DNA from: Octopus sinensis
Taxonomy: Eukaryota
Assembly (NCBI RefSeq): GCF_006345805.1
Contig: NC_042998.1
Span: 70,618,001-70,682,000 of the forward strand
Length of the DNA stretch: 64,000 nt
Direction of reading: 5' to 3'
Part shown: piece by piece, positions 26,301 to 40,118 of the stretch
Layout of the letters: each line of letters opens with the position of its first letter
Numbering within the stretch: the first letter of the stretch is position 1
Notes under the pieces: generated by a model
What the model saw: the letters and a program-made list of their open reading frames with translations, nothing else
Told to the model about the DNA's origin: nothing
Databases searched by the model: none
Program-made: the position numbers and the translations under genes

Positions 26301-27297
26301 TTGCCTATTTGTTCCACTCTCATGCAAAGAATACGACGAACAGATCCATACTTAAGCAAGTGATACATTACCAGCAATTGTTGATTTGCAACAGTTTTAG
26401 ACGGAATATTAACGGCATTCAGCTGATTAGGCTCCGAGGGCCTACAAAGATCATGAGCACAACTTCTTCTATCCATATTTAACTAAAATAAACAAAAAAT
26501 CAATCTTACTAGTATCAGAAAGTCTGCGAAAGCCATGGGCGCTGTTCATTCTTCAAGGCCCAGCAAATAAAAGAGAAAAGAAATAAAGAAAAGACCCTTG
26601 CTACTTGCTTGCATCTACATTATAGTATATTACGAAAATCTACTCAATTTTGGATTGTAAGCTTAATCATTACCCAGGTGGATTAAATTTACAACCCACG
26701 ATCCTTAGGTGTCTTTAAAGACGTCTAGTTTATTGTGAATCCTCAGACCAACTTTCTAATACTTTCTGCCATTCTTCCTTTAAACTATTTATATTGACAC
26801 CTCTAATCTCTTCTGCGCACTATACATAATATGAAACACGTAAAATCAAACACCGAGTCTTCGACATTGTGACATTTCTTCCCTGCATGCAGCCCTGTAC
26901 TTAGATGTTTTTATTTCTGCCGTCATATGGCACCCATTCTTTTCTGCAAAACAAAGACTTAAAAAGAATCTAGATCGATATTTCTCATGATCTTCTTAAT
27001 CAATATTAGATATCAGTATTAGGAATCGAAATTCGGCAAAATATTCTGTTTTCAAAGTGGAACAATCGATCACAGATAAACTCAATCTTAATATTTCAAT
27101 ATCAATAATGGGTTACAGGAAACTGATTAACGTCAAAATCGATATCTAGATCGGATCTTTGATCCATTGTAAATGACAGTAGGTGACTACGATGAGAATC
27201 GCAACACATATTTACAAACATTCACATGCCTACATACGCATACATTCAAAGATAACCATACACGAGTGTATGAATATGTATAGATTTGAACATATAT

Positions 27298-27331
<34 letters not shown>

Positions 27332-27656
27332 AGATATATATATATATATTATATATATATATATATGTAAAAACTTACATATGCATACAGATAAATTTAG
27401 ATTTCTGCTGCTGTCAGTGAGCTTGGTTGTGTTACTCTAAGTCACAATCTCGGAAAAGTAAGGATTTAAGGATTTGCAAACAAAGAAAATCAGAGGCTAA
27501 CATATACAGAGCAAAAGCTAATTGAAACAGAAAAGCAAACATTTGCAAGGTTTTTCTAAATTTCAACATGATACTCTTCATCATGTTTTTTATGTAGTTC
27601 CACTAGTTCCAGTAATATTAAAGGCACCCCTCTTTATTTGAACCAATATATATATA

Positions 27657-27854
27657 GGAGAGTCCACTGTGATCCGTATGTAGGAGAGGTGCAGCCGGAG
27701 GGTAAATATCAATAAGAGAATCCATGAATGGTAGATAAAAAGTCCAGTGGAGAAGTTCGTAGTGGTAAGAAATGACCGGATCGAGCGTTATACTAATACA
27801 TCAGTTTGTTTTGTACACCACCTGTCTCCGTCTTTTATTTTTTTCGTAAACTGT

Positions 27855-27858
<4 letters not shown>
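27657..27858. mobile_element. Short Penelope-derived piece between two (TA)n tracts
   Basis: 27781-27858 matches the pLTR 3' end at 33400-33465; the left part read on the minus strand weakly resembles PLE RT (PFMDSLI). Confidence 0.45.
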
Positions 27859-27885
<27 letters not shown>

Positions 27886-28046
27886 AGCACATAAACGCAA
27901 AATAAGGTGGAAAAAGAAGTAATCGAATACCGAAGGAAGAGTAATAAGGTTTGTTTTTTTTATGAAAGCTGCAAAGGCATCACAAAAATTGTTACTCAAA
28001 GTTTCACGTTCCCGTTCGTCGAACAGTTGTAATCAGGAATCTTGAT

Positions 28047-28104
<58 letters not shown>

Positions 28105-28404
28105 GGACACAACACACACAAACGCATACCTTTAATGTGATCTTTGTTACCTTTCTGGAACCCAAGGTTTCATGCTGACGGATATTATCATTTATTCAGT
28201 TAGAACTCAAAATACAAACGACAATGCTCAATCATTACAGTTGAGGAGAGTATCATATGAAAGCGAGGAAAGTACGATACGCTGTTGCTATTTCTACAGG
28301 TAATCACGTATGTATGTCTAAAGACAAATAGTTATCCAAAGATCGTAATGTTCCTTGTTTTCTTAGGTGGAATATTTTTTTTTATCTTTAACCTTTAATC
28401 GTTT

Positions 28405-28760
28405 AGTTGTTTCACTCATTTGTATTCAGCCCAGACTGGGGCACCACTTTAAAGGTACTCCGTAAACAAATCGACTCTAGTACTTATGTATTTTGAAGAC
28501 CTGGTGCATATTCTGTTGGTTTGTTTTACTGAACTGGTAAGTTACGGGAATCTAAACAAACCAACTCTGTTTCAACCAGTGGGTGGTGGTGATAAACACA
28601 CACGCATAGACACGCATATAAACACACATACAACGGGCTTCTGTCCAGTTTCCCTCTACCAAGTTCATTCAGAAGCATTGGTTGGCTGGGGAAAACACAA
28701 TAAGCTCAAGGTACCGCGCAGTGAAACTAAACTCGAAACCACGTGACTGCAAAGCCAATT
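28405..28760 (-). mobile_element. Decayed SINE family A
   Basis: Recognisable tail and GTACCGCGCAGTGAAACTAAAC head remnants. Confidence 0.6.
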
Positions 28761-28769
28761 AATGTAGAT

Positions 28770-29045
28770 TCACATGTCACACATGATCACGTGACCGACC
28801 AGACTATCAGAGGTTGTTACACATCGCTTGTCACAGTGCGCTTTGCATTATTTTAGCCTTCAAATGATGCCACCCTGCTGGTTGGGCGAGCAAGCCAGCA
28901 TTCCCCATATGATCGAAAGGACTAAAGCAACTTGAAACGAAATGTTTTGCTCAAGAACACAATGTGCCGCCCAGTCAGTGAATCGAACCCAAGATCTACC
29001 GATCGTGAGTGTAATAGCCTTACCACTAGGCCACACGCCTTCTCA
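28770..29045 (-). mobile_element. tRNA-headed SINE family D (C-like head/core, different tail)
   Basis: TTTTGCTCAAGAACACAA core and AATCGAACCC B-box on the reverse strand; tail CATGATCACGTGACCGACCAG; homologous to 43390-43635. Confidence 0.7.
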
Positions 29046-29539
29046 GATTCCCATGTAGTTTCACAAACAGCATTGGGATTTATATATATATATATATATT
29101 TTTAAGGCACAATTGATTGGAAATGAAGGAAGAATACAGAATAGACGCTGGAATAAATGCCATAGAAGCAGGTAGGAAGTTATTTTAAGGGAATCGAATA
29201 TTGGTGTAGAAAAAAGATGTAAAATTGTTCACACTCACAATAAGGTTGTAGGCAGGTATGTATGCACTTGTCTTTTGAGTATGCTAGATTGTGTGTGAGT
29301 GTGATTGTGTGTGAGTGTATGCAAGAGAGGGAGAGAGAGAGAGAGAGAGAGACAGAGAGAGAGACAGAGAGAAGGAGTGAGAGAGAAGGAGAGAGAGAGA
29401 GAAGGGTAGATAAAATAAAAAGGAGATAACAGATAAATCGTTAAAGAAGAATCATAATAGAATGTTTTCTTTCAGTGCAAGTATTCGGGTATTGATACCC
29501 AGCAGCGGGTAGATTACCTTGATATGTATGTATGTATGC

Positions 29540-29572
<33 letters not shown>

Positions 29573-29699
29573 TGTATGTATGTATGTATGTATGTATACC
29601 TCAATGATGTGTGCATAAATGTTACGCATGCATGCATCAATGTATGTACACATATATGTATATTTGTTTATGTGTGAATGTGAGTATCTTCCTGCGCTT

Positions 29700-29740
<41 letters not shown>

Positions 29741-30169
29741 AGTTTTTATTTTGCTTGTGCACAGATGTGTGGATATATTTGTTATTTAAAGAAACAAGTG
29801 TCAAAAATATATTTATAAGAATTGGAAACATGAACAACAAGTTTTGTTTCGGTGTGTGCATCGTTATTATGATGTAATTGCTCATATATGTTAGTGTGTA
29901 ACCGTCTATTATATATATATATATATATATATGTTCTGTAAGCCTATTTCTGTATGTGTGTGTGTATGTGCGTGTGCGTGTGTGTGTATAGGTCTGTCTG
30001 TGTATATATATGAGTATATGTGTGCGAGTATGTGTGTGTTAGTGTTTACGTGCATTTAAATATTGGCAAATTAGGCGCAGTATGTGTGCAGAATGGTATA
30101 TCTTACTATATATTATTTATTTACAAACACACACACACACACATACATAATATGTGCCTATATGCTTGT

Positions 30170-30177
30170 GTATATAT

Positions 30178-30261
<84 letters not shown>

Positions 30262-30335
30262 CATATATATATATAATATATATATATATATAATAAATAC
30301 ACACATATATATAGATATATATATAATATATATAA

Positions 30336-30376
<41 letters not shown>

Positions 30377-30386
30377 CATATATATA

Positions 30387-30425
<39 letters not shown>

Positions 30426-30487
30426 CACATATATATATATATATATATATATAAATACACACATATATATATATATATATAAATACA

Positions 30488-30562
<75 letters not shown>

Positions 30563-30569
30563 CATATAT

Positions 30570-30600
<31 letters not shown>

Positions 30601-30613
30601 ATAAATACAAATC

Positions 30614-30673
<60 letters not shown>

Positions 30674-30679
30674 TATTAA

Positions 30680-30716
<37 letters not shown>

Positions 30717-30860
30717 CACATATATATATTATATATATTATTATATATATATATATATATATAAAACACCATATATTATATATATATATAAATACACATT
30801 ATATATATAATATATATAATATATATATATATATAATATATATATATATATAAATACAAC
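30170..30860. repeat. Interrupted (TA)n array with recurring TAAATACAC units
   Basis: Direct inspection; a similar array occurs at 33465-33900. Confidence 0.95.
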
Positions 30861-31092
30861 TGTCAGTAGCGATGGGATAAAGTGTATCCTTTTGAAACAA
30901 ATCTATTTAACTTGAAATTACATTTATCAAAACAACCTGAACATGGAACATTCATAAACATCAGAATAACATCGAGTGAATTTAACTCAAAATGGAACTG
31001 GTTTTCCATTAATTTTTACTGTCTTGTAATAAAACAAAGAACATGACAAGATATGTCAGTGAGAAGAGGAAGACCAACTGTACCCCCAACGG

Positions 31093-33465
31093 GATGCCAA
31101 CCATGCTCTCCGGCTTTTCAACTCTTTCTCCTTTCCTCCCGGCTCCTCCAAAATCCTTTTTACTATGGACATCCAAAGCCTCTATACTGTTATCCCTCAC
31201 CACGAAGGACTGCAGGCCCTTCGACACTTTCTTGACCTCCGCTCTAACCCTGTACCTGACACCTCCACACTCATTCGTCTGCCGAACTTGTCCTTACTCT
31301 GAACTGCTTCTCGTTCGCGGGCGAGTTCTACCATCAGGTCTCGGGAGTGGCCATGGAACGCGAATGGGCCCCAACTATGCGAACCTGTTCGTTGGCTATG
31401 TTGAGGCCCAAATATTCTCTACTTTCACTGGTCCCACTCCTGAACTATATGGTCGTTATATTGACGACATTATCGGTGCCACCTCACTCTCCCGCGAACA
31501 TCTAGATTCCCTCTCTTTCGTCCAATCTTTCCATCCAGCCCTCCACTTCACTTCCACTATCTCCAACACCTCTGTCTCCTTCCTCGACATTTCGGTTAGC
31601 ATTTTGACTCCACTCTTACCACCTCCATTCACTACAAACACACAGACTCCACACTCATACCTCAACTTCTCTCCTCCCACCCAGAACACACCAAGCTTTC
31701 CATCCCCTATTCCCAATTCCTCCGTCTACGTAGGCTCTGTAGTGACGACCATGACTTTGAGACTCAGTCTCAACGTATGGCTCACCACTTCACCCTACGT
31801 GGATACCCCCTCACCACTATCCACACCGCCCTTGCCAGAGCACGGTCCGTGGACCGTGTATCTGCTCTCTCTCCCCGAACCCGCCCTGTAGTCTCCCGCC
31901 TCCCTTTTCCCCTCACTTACCACCCCACGACCCTACGTCTCCAACGCACCATTCTTCGAGCTTTCCGTCGTCTCCAGTCCGACCCGTCCACTTCACACCT
32001 CTTCCCTAACCGACCCCTCCCCTCTTTCAAACGAGCCCACAACCTTCGAGACCTTTTGGTCCATAGCTCCTTCCCTGACCCTACCTCCCAACCCGGCTCG
32101 TTCCCCTGCTCCGCCCACGTTGCCGCACTTGCCCTTACCTCTCCAACACCACCCGCCTCACTAGCACACCACCATCGACCTATCCCATCATCCACTCCTT
32201 CACCTGCACCTCCAGCAATATTATCTATTGCATCTCTTGCTCTCTCTGCAATTCCTTGTACATCGGACAAACGGGACGCCGCTTGGCTGACCGGTTCGCG
32301 GAACACCTTCGTGACATCCACCTTGCGAACTACACACCGGTCTCACGCCATTTCCGCTCCACCGTCACTCCTTGCAACACCTATCTGTGTTCGGTTTGTC
32401 CTTACACAGAGCCATTCCGGATTCCCGTTTGCGCCGTGAACAGGAATTAATCTTCTCTCTTCGCTCTTATACGCCATTTGGTCTCAACTCCCCCCCCCCT
32501 CCTATCTAACCCCCCTCTCCCCCTCCTCAACTATCCTTTCTCCCCCCGACCCCACTTCTTCAGTCCTTCATCTTTCACCCCTACTCCCCTTCCCTTCTTC
32601 CCTCTTTCTCCCTCCCTCTTCCTCTTCCCTCTGCTCCCTCACTCCCTCTCTCCCCTTCTCTCTCCCCCTCTCCCTCTTTCCTCCTTCATCCCTCTCCTCC
32701 CCTTCCTCTCCCCATCCTCTCCTCTTCACCTCCCCTCCCCCTTCTTCCCCTCCCCTTCTCCCCCCTCTTCTCCCCTCCCCCTCTTCTCCTCACTACACCA
32801 CATGACTTTACACATCACATCACATATGATGTGCCATACTAATACACACACCAACTAATACATACTAATACGTACTAATACATACTAGTACATACTAATA
32901 CTTACACCAACCCTATACATACACACGTCCAGACCCCGCATACGCACTTATACTCCTCACACACACACACACACACCTATACATACCAATACGTACTAAT
33001 ACATACTAATACATACTAATACATACCCCACCCCATACATACGCACGTCCAGACCAATCCCACGCACTGATACTCTCTCATACACACACACACACACACA
33101 CACACCCCTTATACATACTAATACATACACCAACCCTATACATACACATCCAGACCCCTCCCACGCACTTTTAGCTGGTCCCTCAACCCTATTATCTCCC
33201 CTTATTTCGCTCTCGCGTCTCATGTTTGATCTTTGACCTCTGGCCGAAATCAGATCACCATGTTGATTCGTTAGCTACTGCACGCATTTTTTTTTCTCTC
33301 CTTCTTTCTGTGTTTTCTCTCTCTTGTGTATCTTTCTGTTGAAGAGCGTAGGCTCGAAACGTTAAAGACTTGTTTTATTTATATTTCCTGAGCGCCATAC
33401 TAATACAATTGTTCGTTTGTTTTCCACCTGCCTTCGTCTTTTGTTTATTTTCATAAAGCTTCCGT
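31093..33465 (+). mobile_element. Penelope-like element (RT + GIY-YIG endonuclease + 3' pLTR); 5'-truncated and frameshifted; possibly Neptune-type
   Basis: Across frameshifts: FTMDIQSLYTVIPH (31159), GVAMGTRMGPNYANLF, RYIDD (31454-31468), FLDI, linker C-x4-C-x2-C (PCSAPRCRTCPY-like), IYCISCSLCNSLYIGQT (32219-32274), RFAEH, RHF and terminal FGLN (32477-32488). pLTR ~33240-33465 ends in (TA)n. Confidence 0.9.
32850..33170 (+). repeat. Degenerate ~120-130 bp tandem repeat inside the PLE 3' region
   Basis: ATACATACTAAT...CCA.CCC.ATACATAC.CAC.TCCAGACC repeated three times. Confidence 0.75.
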
Positions 33466-33476
33466 TATATATAAAT

Positions 33477-33510
<34 letters not shown>

Positions 33511-33529
33511 TATTATAAAACACAATATA

Positions 33530-33625
<96 letters not shown>

Positions 33626-33686
33626 CACCATATATATATATTATATATATATATAATACATATATATATATATTATATATATAAAT

Positions 33687-33741
<55 letters not shown>

Positions 33742-33763
33742 ATAAATACACACACATATATAT

Positions 33764-33800
<37 letters not shown>

Positions 33801-33836
33801 AATACACACATATATATATATATAAATACACATATT

Positions 33837-33867
<31 letters not shown>

Positions 33868-34340
33868 TATGTGTATTTATATATATATATATATATATAT
33901 ATAAATCTACTAAAATATTTATGTATGGGTATGTATTTATATTTGAGGAAAAATTACAGTATGTATGCGCATGCGTATAATTCAGTTGAGTGCCAATTTG
34001 TCAGGTACATAGATCCATGTACTTGCGCGCGCTCACACACGTACATACACATACACACACTCACAAACACACACAGATACAGATGTGTGTGTGTGTGTGT
34101 GTGTGTGTGAGTGCGTACCCGTTGTCATTTAGATGGATGACTGCAGGTATATTAACAAGTTGAGTGTTTACTCTAATCAGATCATGGTATGTTTATTCCT
34201 TTATGTAGCAGGTTTCCCGGTGCAAAATATTTCTTTTCCCATCCACCCTTCTCCATCCACATCGTAGCACGACTACACGACACAAGTGTATACGAAGAAA
34301 ACAGAATATAACAGCATACCCGTACCTACAAAAATGCACT

Positions 34341-34385
<45 letters not shown>

Positions 34386-34575
34386 CACACACACACACAC
34401 ACACGTGCATACATACAAATATAGACATACAATATATGTACGTACATACTAACATACGCAAACACATAAACACATATACAAAAAATCCGCGTAAGTATAT
34501 ATATTATATATATATATATATATATGCATGCTTATATGCATATGCAATGCATATAGAAATGTGTGTGTGTGTGTT

Positions 34576-34621
<46 letters not shown>

Positions 34622-34764
34622 GCAAACACGTACTTTTCCTCATGTAAAACGAATATTTATACATAGATATAAACATGCATGTGTATGCGTATATCTATAT
34701 GTATATATATATATATATATTATATATATATATATATTATATAATATATATATATATAGATATT

Positions 34765-34799
<35 letters not shown>

Positions 34800-34864
34800 A
34801 TATATATAATATAAAAAATATAGATCTATAAATATATATATGTGTGTGAGTGCGTGAGTATGTA

Positions 34865-34928
<64 letters not shown>

Positions 34929-35429
34929 ACAGTTTGATGTATCATACACATAAATAAGCAAGTGTGTGTATCAAATACGTGCTTGTATGTACATATGACA
35001 GTGCGTATGTGTATGCGGAAGCCTATGTGCTACAGCTGACACAAATGTACTAATTTCTTTATTTCAAGCTTTGATGCTTATGTAGTGTTCGATTATATCG
35101 CATGATCGTGCATTTGTAATTGCACGCACAGACCCAAGCAACACACACCTACACGCACATACACACACATGCATCTCCTCCCCGCAAGTACAGAGCGAAG
35201 CACATACGCTCGTCGAAATACAACGTATATATGAAACACTCACAATCTTCACGTACATTCATAAAAACTAGCAGCATATGCATTATTCCACATAAGCAAC
35301 GTATACTCCTCCTCCGCCATACACATCACGTATTTATTGAGACATGTTCGTGCGTGCATTCTGTACGTAAGATGTTTACTCTAGTACAGTCTTAAAGTAG
35401 TAGAATGTGTCATTTGAAATTTTATACTT

Positions 35430-35620
35430 CAAAACTTTCAGAGAGAAAGCAAGAAAGAGAAAAAGAAAGTGAAAGAGGGGTAGAGGAAGAGAGAGAAAGT
35501 GTGTGTGTGTGTGAGAGAGAGAAAGAGAGAGAAAAGGAGAAAGAGAGAAAGACAGTAAGAGGGAAAAGAAGAGAGGGAATGAAAGAAAGAGAGAGAGGAA
35601 GAGAGAGAATGAAAGGGAAA

Positions 35621-35666
<46 letters not shown>

Positions 35667-35846
35667 CAGAGAGAGAAAAGGAGAAAGAGAGAAAGACAGT
35701 AAGAGGGAAAGGAAGAGAGAGAATGAAAGAGAGAGAGAGAGGAAAAGAGAGAGAAAGAAAGAAAGAGGGGGAGAGAAAGGGAGGGAGAGAAAGAAAGAGA
35801 GAAAGAGAGAGGGATAGTGAGAGAAATAAAGAGAGAGAGAAAGGGA

Positions 35847-35887
<41 letters not shown>

Positions 35888-35900
35888 GGAGAGAAAGGCT
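35430..35900. repeat. GA/GT low-complexity tract with an internal duplication
   Basis: GAGAAAAGGAGAAAGAGAGAAAGACAGTAAGAGGGAAA occurs twice. Confidence 0.85.
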
Positions 35901-37244
35901 TTGAAAAAAGATTAGGTTTTTATGTTTTCTTATTTAAGCATAGAACCAAAAATTTCAATTAATTAATATTGTATATGTCTCACGCAACTGCGATAAAGAG
36001 ATTGAACAGATTGACATTTTATAATTAGGGGTATTTATCGATATTTGATTAACCTGTATTGATTTTACCGAAGTAGGTAATGGGTGATGTTCAGCATTTA
36101 ACATTTGCAGGTGTTTTAGTGACGTAAGCGAAGAGAAACAGTCGTATTTGGGAAACATAGTCAAGGCACGAATTCGGCTCACCGACCGCTCACTTTTAGC
36201 AGCGAGGTGCTAACTGATTCAACTATATATTAGGCCATCAAACACGCGATCTTCTACATATTTTCAAGAATATTAGTAACGTGTATTTAAGTGTGTGCAG
36301 TATATTGAAGCAGACAACTTCTCTATTGATCTTTTTTTCTGTAGCATATTCCTCGCTACATTCCAGTCTGTCTATGCTTCTGAATATAAAATTCCTCTCA
36401 ATCACATTTTGCTACACCTGCATAGGTTTGCTAAGGTCTCGTTAACAACCATTCTCTTTTCCCTCTAATACATGTGATACAAACATTCTTGTTATGCTAC
36501 ACACCTAAACCACCAAGCTCATCTTTTATTCAAATGAGCTCATATTTGACTATCTGAAAATAATGAAGCTAGCTGCTAATTCATTGACAAAAAATATGGC
36601 GTTTTATCGAAAAACGATTTCAATCGAGGCGTTATGACTGCGTATATTTCCTTCTACTGACTTGACTGCTAATATGTTGTTTTATGCTGTATTTGAGATC
36701 AACCATGGGTGGTTTATAGCTAAGAGTATCTGTAAACTTTTGCAGAACATTTTGTGATTTAAACGTGAACCTACCGTTATCAACAATATAATTGTCCACT
36801 AATATTTTTCGGTAGAGAGTCTGTAGTCTTTTCGGGGATCTAGTACAATAAAGAACAGTGTAAAAAACAGTAACTTTTTAACAGGTTTTTAAAAGGCCTT
36901 CATTTAGCTTTTACCATGCCTTTCTTTTTGATCACTAATCTGCACCTTCCATTTCGTCTTCTGTCAAACTACATTATTCCGTCAGATAACCAATATAAAT
37001 TCACAGTCACGCGTTTTCCTTGTTTGGCTCCACATTTTCTAGTAGCAATCTACAATAGATAACCTAAGTAATTTTGTTCATTCTAATGGCGATATTGCTG
37101 AGATATATTATTATTTAACTTATCCCACTGTGGTTTGAGTTTCACTTTTCTCGGTGAGTCGATTTATGACATGCATGGTAGTATTTTGGTATCAAGAGCA
37201 CATTATTGCCAAATACCTGGAATGTCTTTATTATGCTCTGCACG

Positions 37245-37605
37245 CCGGACAAAAGACTTAGTGGCACTTCGTCTGTCCATCTTAACGTTCTGAGTCCAAA
37301 TTCTGCCGAGGTCAATTTTGCTTTTCATCTTTTTGAAGGTGATTTTTGAATACTGGGGTTAATGTAATCGACTCCTCCCCCACACCAGAAAAAGTTCAGG
37401 CATTGTGCTTGGCAGAATCATTTGCATGCCGGTCAAAATGCTTAGAGGTATTTCGTCTGTCTTTACTTTCTGAGGTCAAATTCCGTCGAGGTCGACTTTG
37501 CTTTTCATCCTTTCGGGGTCGATAAATTGAGTATCAGTGAATCACTGGGGTCGATGTAATCGATTAGCCCTCTCCCCTAAAATTTCAGGCCTTATGGCAG
37601 AAATT
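37245..37605 (+). mobile_element. SINE family B, two modules
   Basis: Two AAATT(C/.)G.CGAGGTC.A.TTTG.TTTTCATC modules. Confidence 0.75.
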
Positions 37606-37608
37606 ATC

Positions 37609-37644
<36 letters not shown>

Positions 37645-38303
37645 TGGGAAAATATCGTGTTTACCGCGGGTTTGTACTGTCTGCCAAGTCACAACAAGGA
37701 CCTCAGACAGACAGTACTTTACACGATATGCGTGGTCCCCAAGAAGCCAACAATAATCGACTTTATCTTCACCTTCTTCATTTTCCATAGCCGGGCTATT
37801 TCGTACTTAAGAGGATTGAAAATATCTAATTTTTCGCCTTCCTTTTTTTCTATTCGTGGGGCAAAGGGGCACGCAACATCAACTGTAAAGCACATGTAGT
37901 GCATCATGTTGACTACCACTAAGTCTGGTCTGTTATGCTTCAGCACCTGATCTGTTTGGATTGGGAAATCCCAGACGATTTTGCAGGTTTCCGACTCCAC
38001 GACTCTCTGCGGTTTGTGTTCATACCACGTCTTTCTTCCATCTAACTCCTCTTTTCGCACAGTTTCCAATGTAGGACTTTCGCTGCATCATCGAGTCGCC
38101 ACAAGGTTTAGTGGTTTGGGGGCAAGTCTTGGGTATTCGTTCGCGATATGGACAATGGTTTCTTCCACTCTATTACAAATGCGGAACGGTAGAGGCACTT
38201 ACTCATTCCTAAGGTTGACCCTCCTATTCGTGGTCAAAGCTTGGTCTTGTGCTGCCAGTCTCATTCTCCGGTGTTCCTTTCTTCATCCAATCTCACCTAT
38301 GTT
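37645..38303 (-). mobile_element. R4/Dong-like 3' fragment, subfamily C
   Basis: LAAQDQAL, TWYEHKPQRVVE, WDFPIQTD..LKHNRPDLVV, VDVACPF, IVGFLG; 3' end followed by (TAA)n. Confidence 0.85.
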
Positions 38304-38666
38304 ATACATCAATTAGAAAGCATTTTTCTTTTAGAGACACGTTGTCATCTGCCGGTATTGATACATCAATTAGAAAGCATTTTTTTTCTTCATGATCTCT
38401 GACAACTATATCTGGTCTGTTGGCTTTAATTTCTCTATCTGTGTGTATCGGCATATCCCAGAGTATGGTTGCTTTCTCGTTTTCTGTGACCTTTTCTGGT
38501 GTGTGCCTATACCATCTTTTTTCTGTTGTTATTCCATAATGTTGGCATAGCTTCCAATGTATGTAGGTTCCAACTCTGTCATGTCTGTGAATATATTCCT
38601 TCTTAGCCAGGACTGGGCAGCTAGAGATAATATGATTTATTGTTTCTTGTCCATCTCCACATATTC

Positions 38667-38667
<1 letters not shown>
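38304..38667 (-). mobile_element. R4/Dong-like fragment, subfamily A
   Basis: Near-identical to ~150-495 (RICGDGQETINH...FLIDVSIP); preceded on the sense strand by (TAA)n 38668-38745; ~57-bp internal duplication at 38304-38385. Confidence 0.9.
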
Positions 38668-38745
<78 letters not shown>

Positions 38746-39255
38746 TGGGAAGATATCGTGTTCATCCAATCTCACCTATGTTTTCCAGCAAGTTCTGTTG
38801 TGGCTACATGGATTTGAATGTGTAATCCCTTGTTACATAATGCTTCTTCATGTCCTTTTTGTACTTCTTTCTTTGTTTTTCCACTTTTCTCTGCTTTCAA
38901 TTTTCCCTCATTCCTAACTGACATTAGCCAGGTTTCCTTATTTTGGGATAGGTATCTCATTAAGCTCCCGAGTTCGATACGTATGCACTCTTCCACACTT
39001 ATCAGTCCCCTTCCTCCATTTGCTCTCTTCATGCGTCGGTGATCAGTGTCTGCACGTGAATGACGGGTTCCATGCATCGTTGGAAGCTTTCTTGTTTTCC
39101 TGTCCAACTGCTTTAGCTCCTCTTCTGTCCACTTCAGGATTCCAACGCCATAACAAACTACTGCAACTGCACGCGAATTTATTGCGAAATTATGTTTCTG
39201 GCATTCAGTTTTGAAGCCAATATTTTTTCTTCTATAGCGTTGTGTTTAATTCCAA
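38746..39255 (-). mobile_element. R4/Dong-like fragment, subfamily C (RT thumb region)
   Basis: LNARNII, MDRKTRKL.TMHG..H.RAD, KRANGGRGLISVEEC, NKGLH; joined to a copy of the subfamily C 3' terminus. Confidence 0.8.
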
Positions 39256-39330
<75 letters not shown>

Positions 39331-39359
39331 TGTTGTTGTTATTGTTGTTTCCTTTGCTC

Positions 39360-39790
39360 AGCCTCTTAACCTTAAGATTCCGATTTCGATTCCAGGCAGT
39401 GACCTGAATAATAATAATAATAATTATAATAATAATAATAATAATACTAGGCACTGCACACATCCTACGCAGAACACTTTCCATACAATAACCATCAGAG
39501 CATCACAACAAATCACAGCACATACCCAAGGCACACAGAGCTGCGCTCGGTAGTGAAGTGAAAGCACGCTATAAAAATAAAACTACTGAATAATAATAAC
39601 AATAATGATAATAATAATAACAAACAGCAGCAGCAGCAGCAACAACAACAACAACAATGATAATAATAACATCGTAAAATATCTCAAGAATGAGAACCAA
39701 GACACCTGATGACGGCTGGAGGGTATATCAACCGAAACGTTGTGTTAACAACAAAGATGAGGACAATTATCAGTCAATTGTAAATAATGG
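39360..39790 (+). mobile_element. SINE family E (partial head, TAA tract, hammerhead-like tail)
   Basis: AAGATTCCGATTTCGATTCCAGGCAGTGACCTG(AAT)n head remnant; tail ACATCG.AAAATA..T.A.GAATGAGAACC...CTGATGACGGCTG...CAACCGAAAC; homologous to 8149-9234. Confidence 0.75.
39447..39588 (+). mobile_element. Extremely 5'-truncated R4/Dong-like copy (142 bp)
   Basis: LGTAHILRRTLSIQ* (TAA 39489-39491) plus 3' UTR, flanked on both sides by (TAA)n. Confidence 0.85.
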
Positions 39791-39799
39791 AAATAATGG

Positions 39800-39868
<69 letters not shown>

Positions 39869-40118
39869 TATTCATTTATTTTCTTTTTTCAAACACAAAT
39901 TTGTATTTATTCTTCAACATGAGATGGCTAGATCTTCACTAAACGCTTTTCTAAAATATAACAAGCTTCCAATCGGGATTTAATATATCAACAACAATAT
40001 CAAACGTTATATAGTTGTAACCAACAGGATGAGATGTAAAAACTGACAACAACTCCCATAAAGGGGTATAACAGGGTATTCCTAGATAACAAAATATAGC
40101 AATATAAGTGGTTGATTA

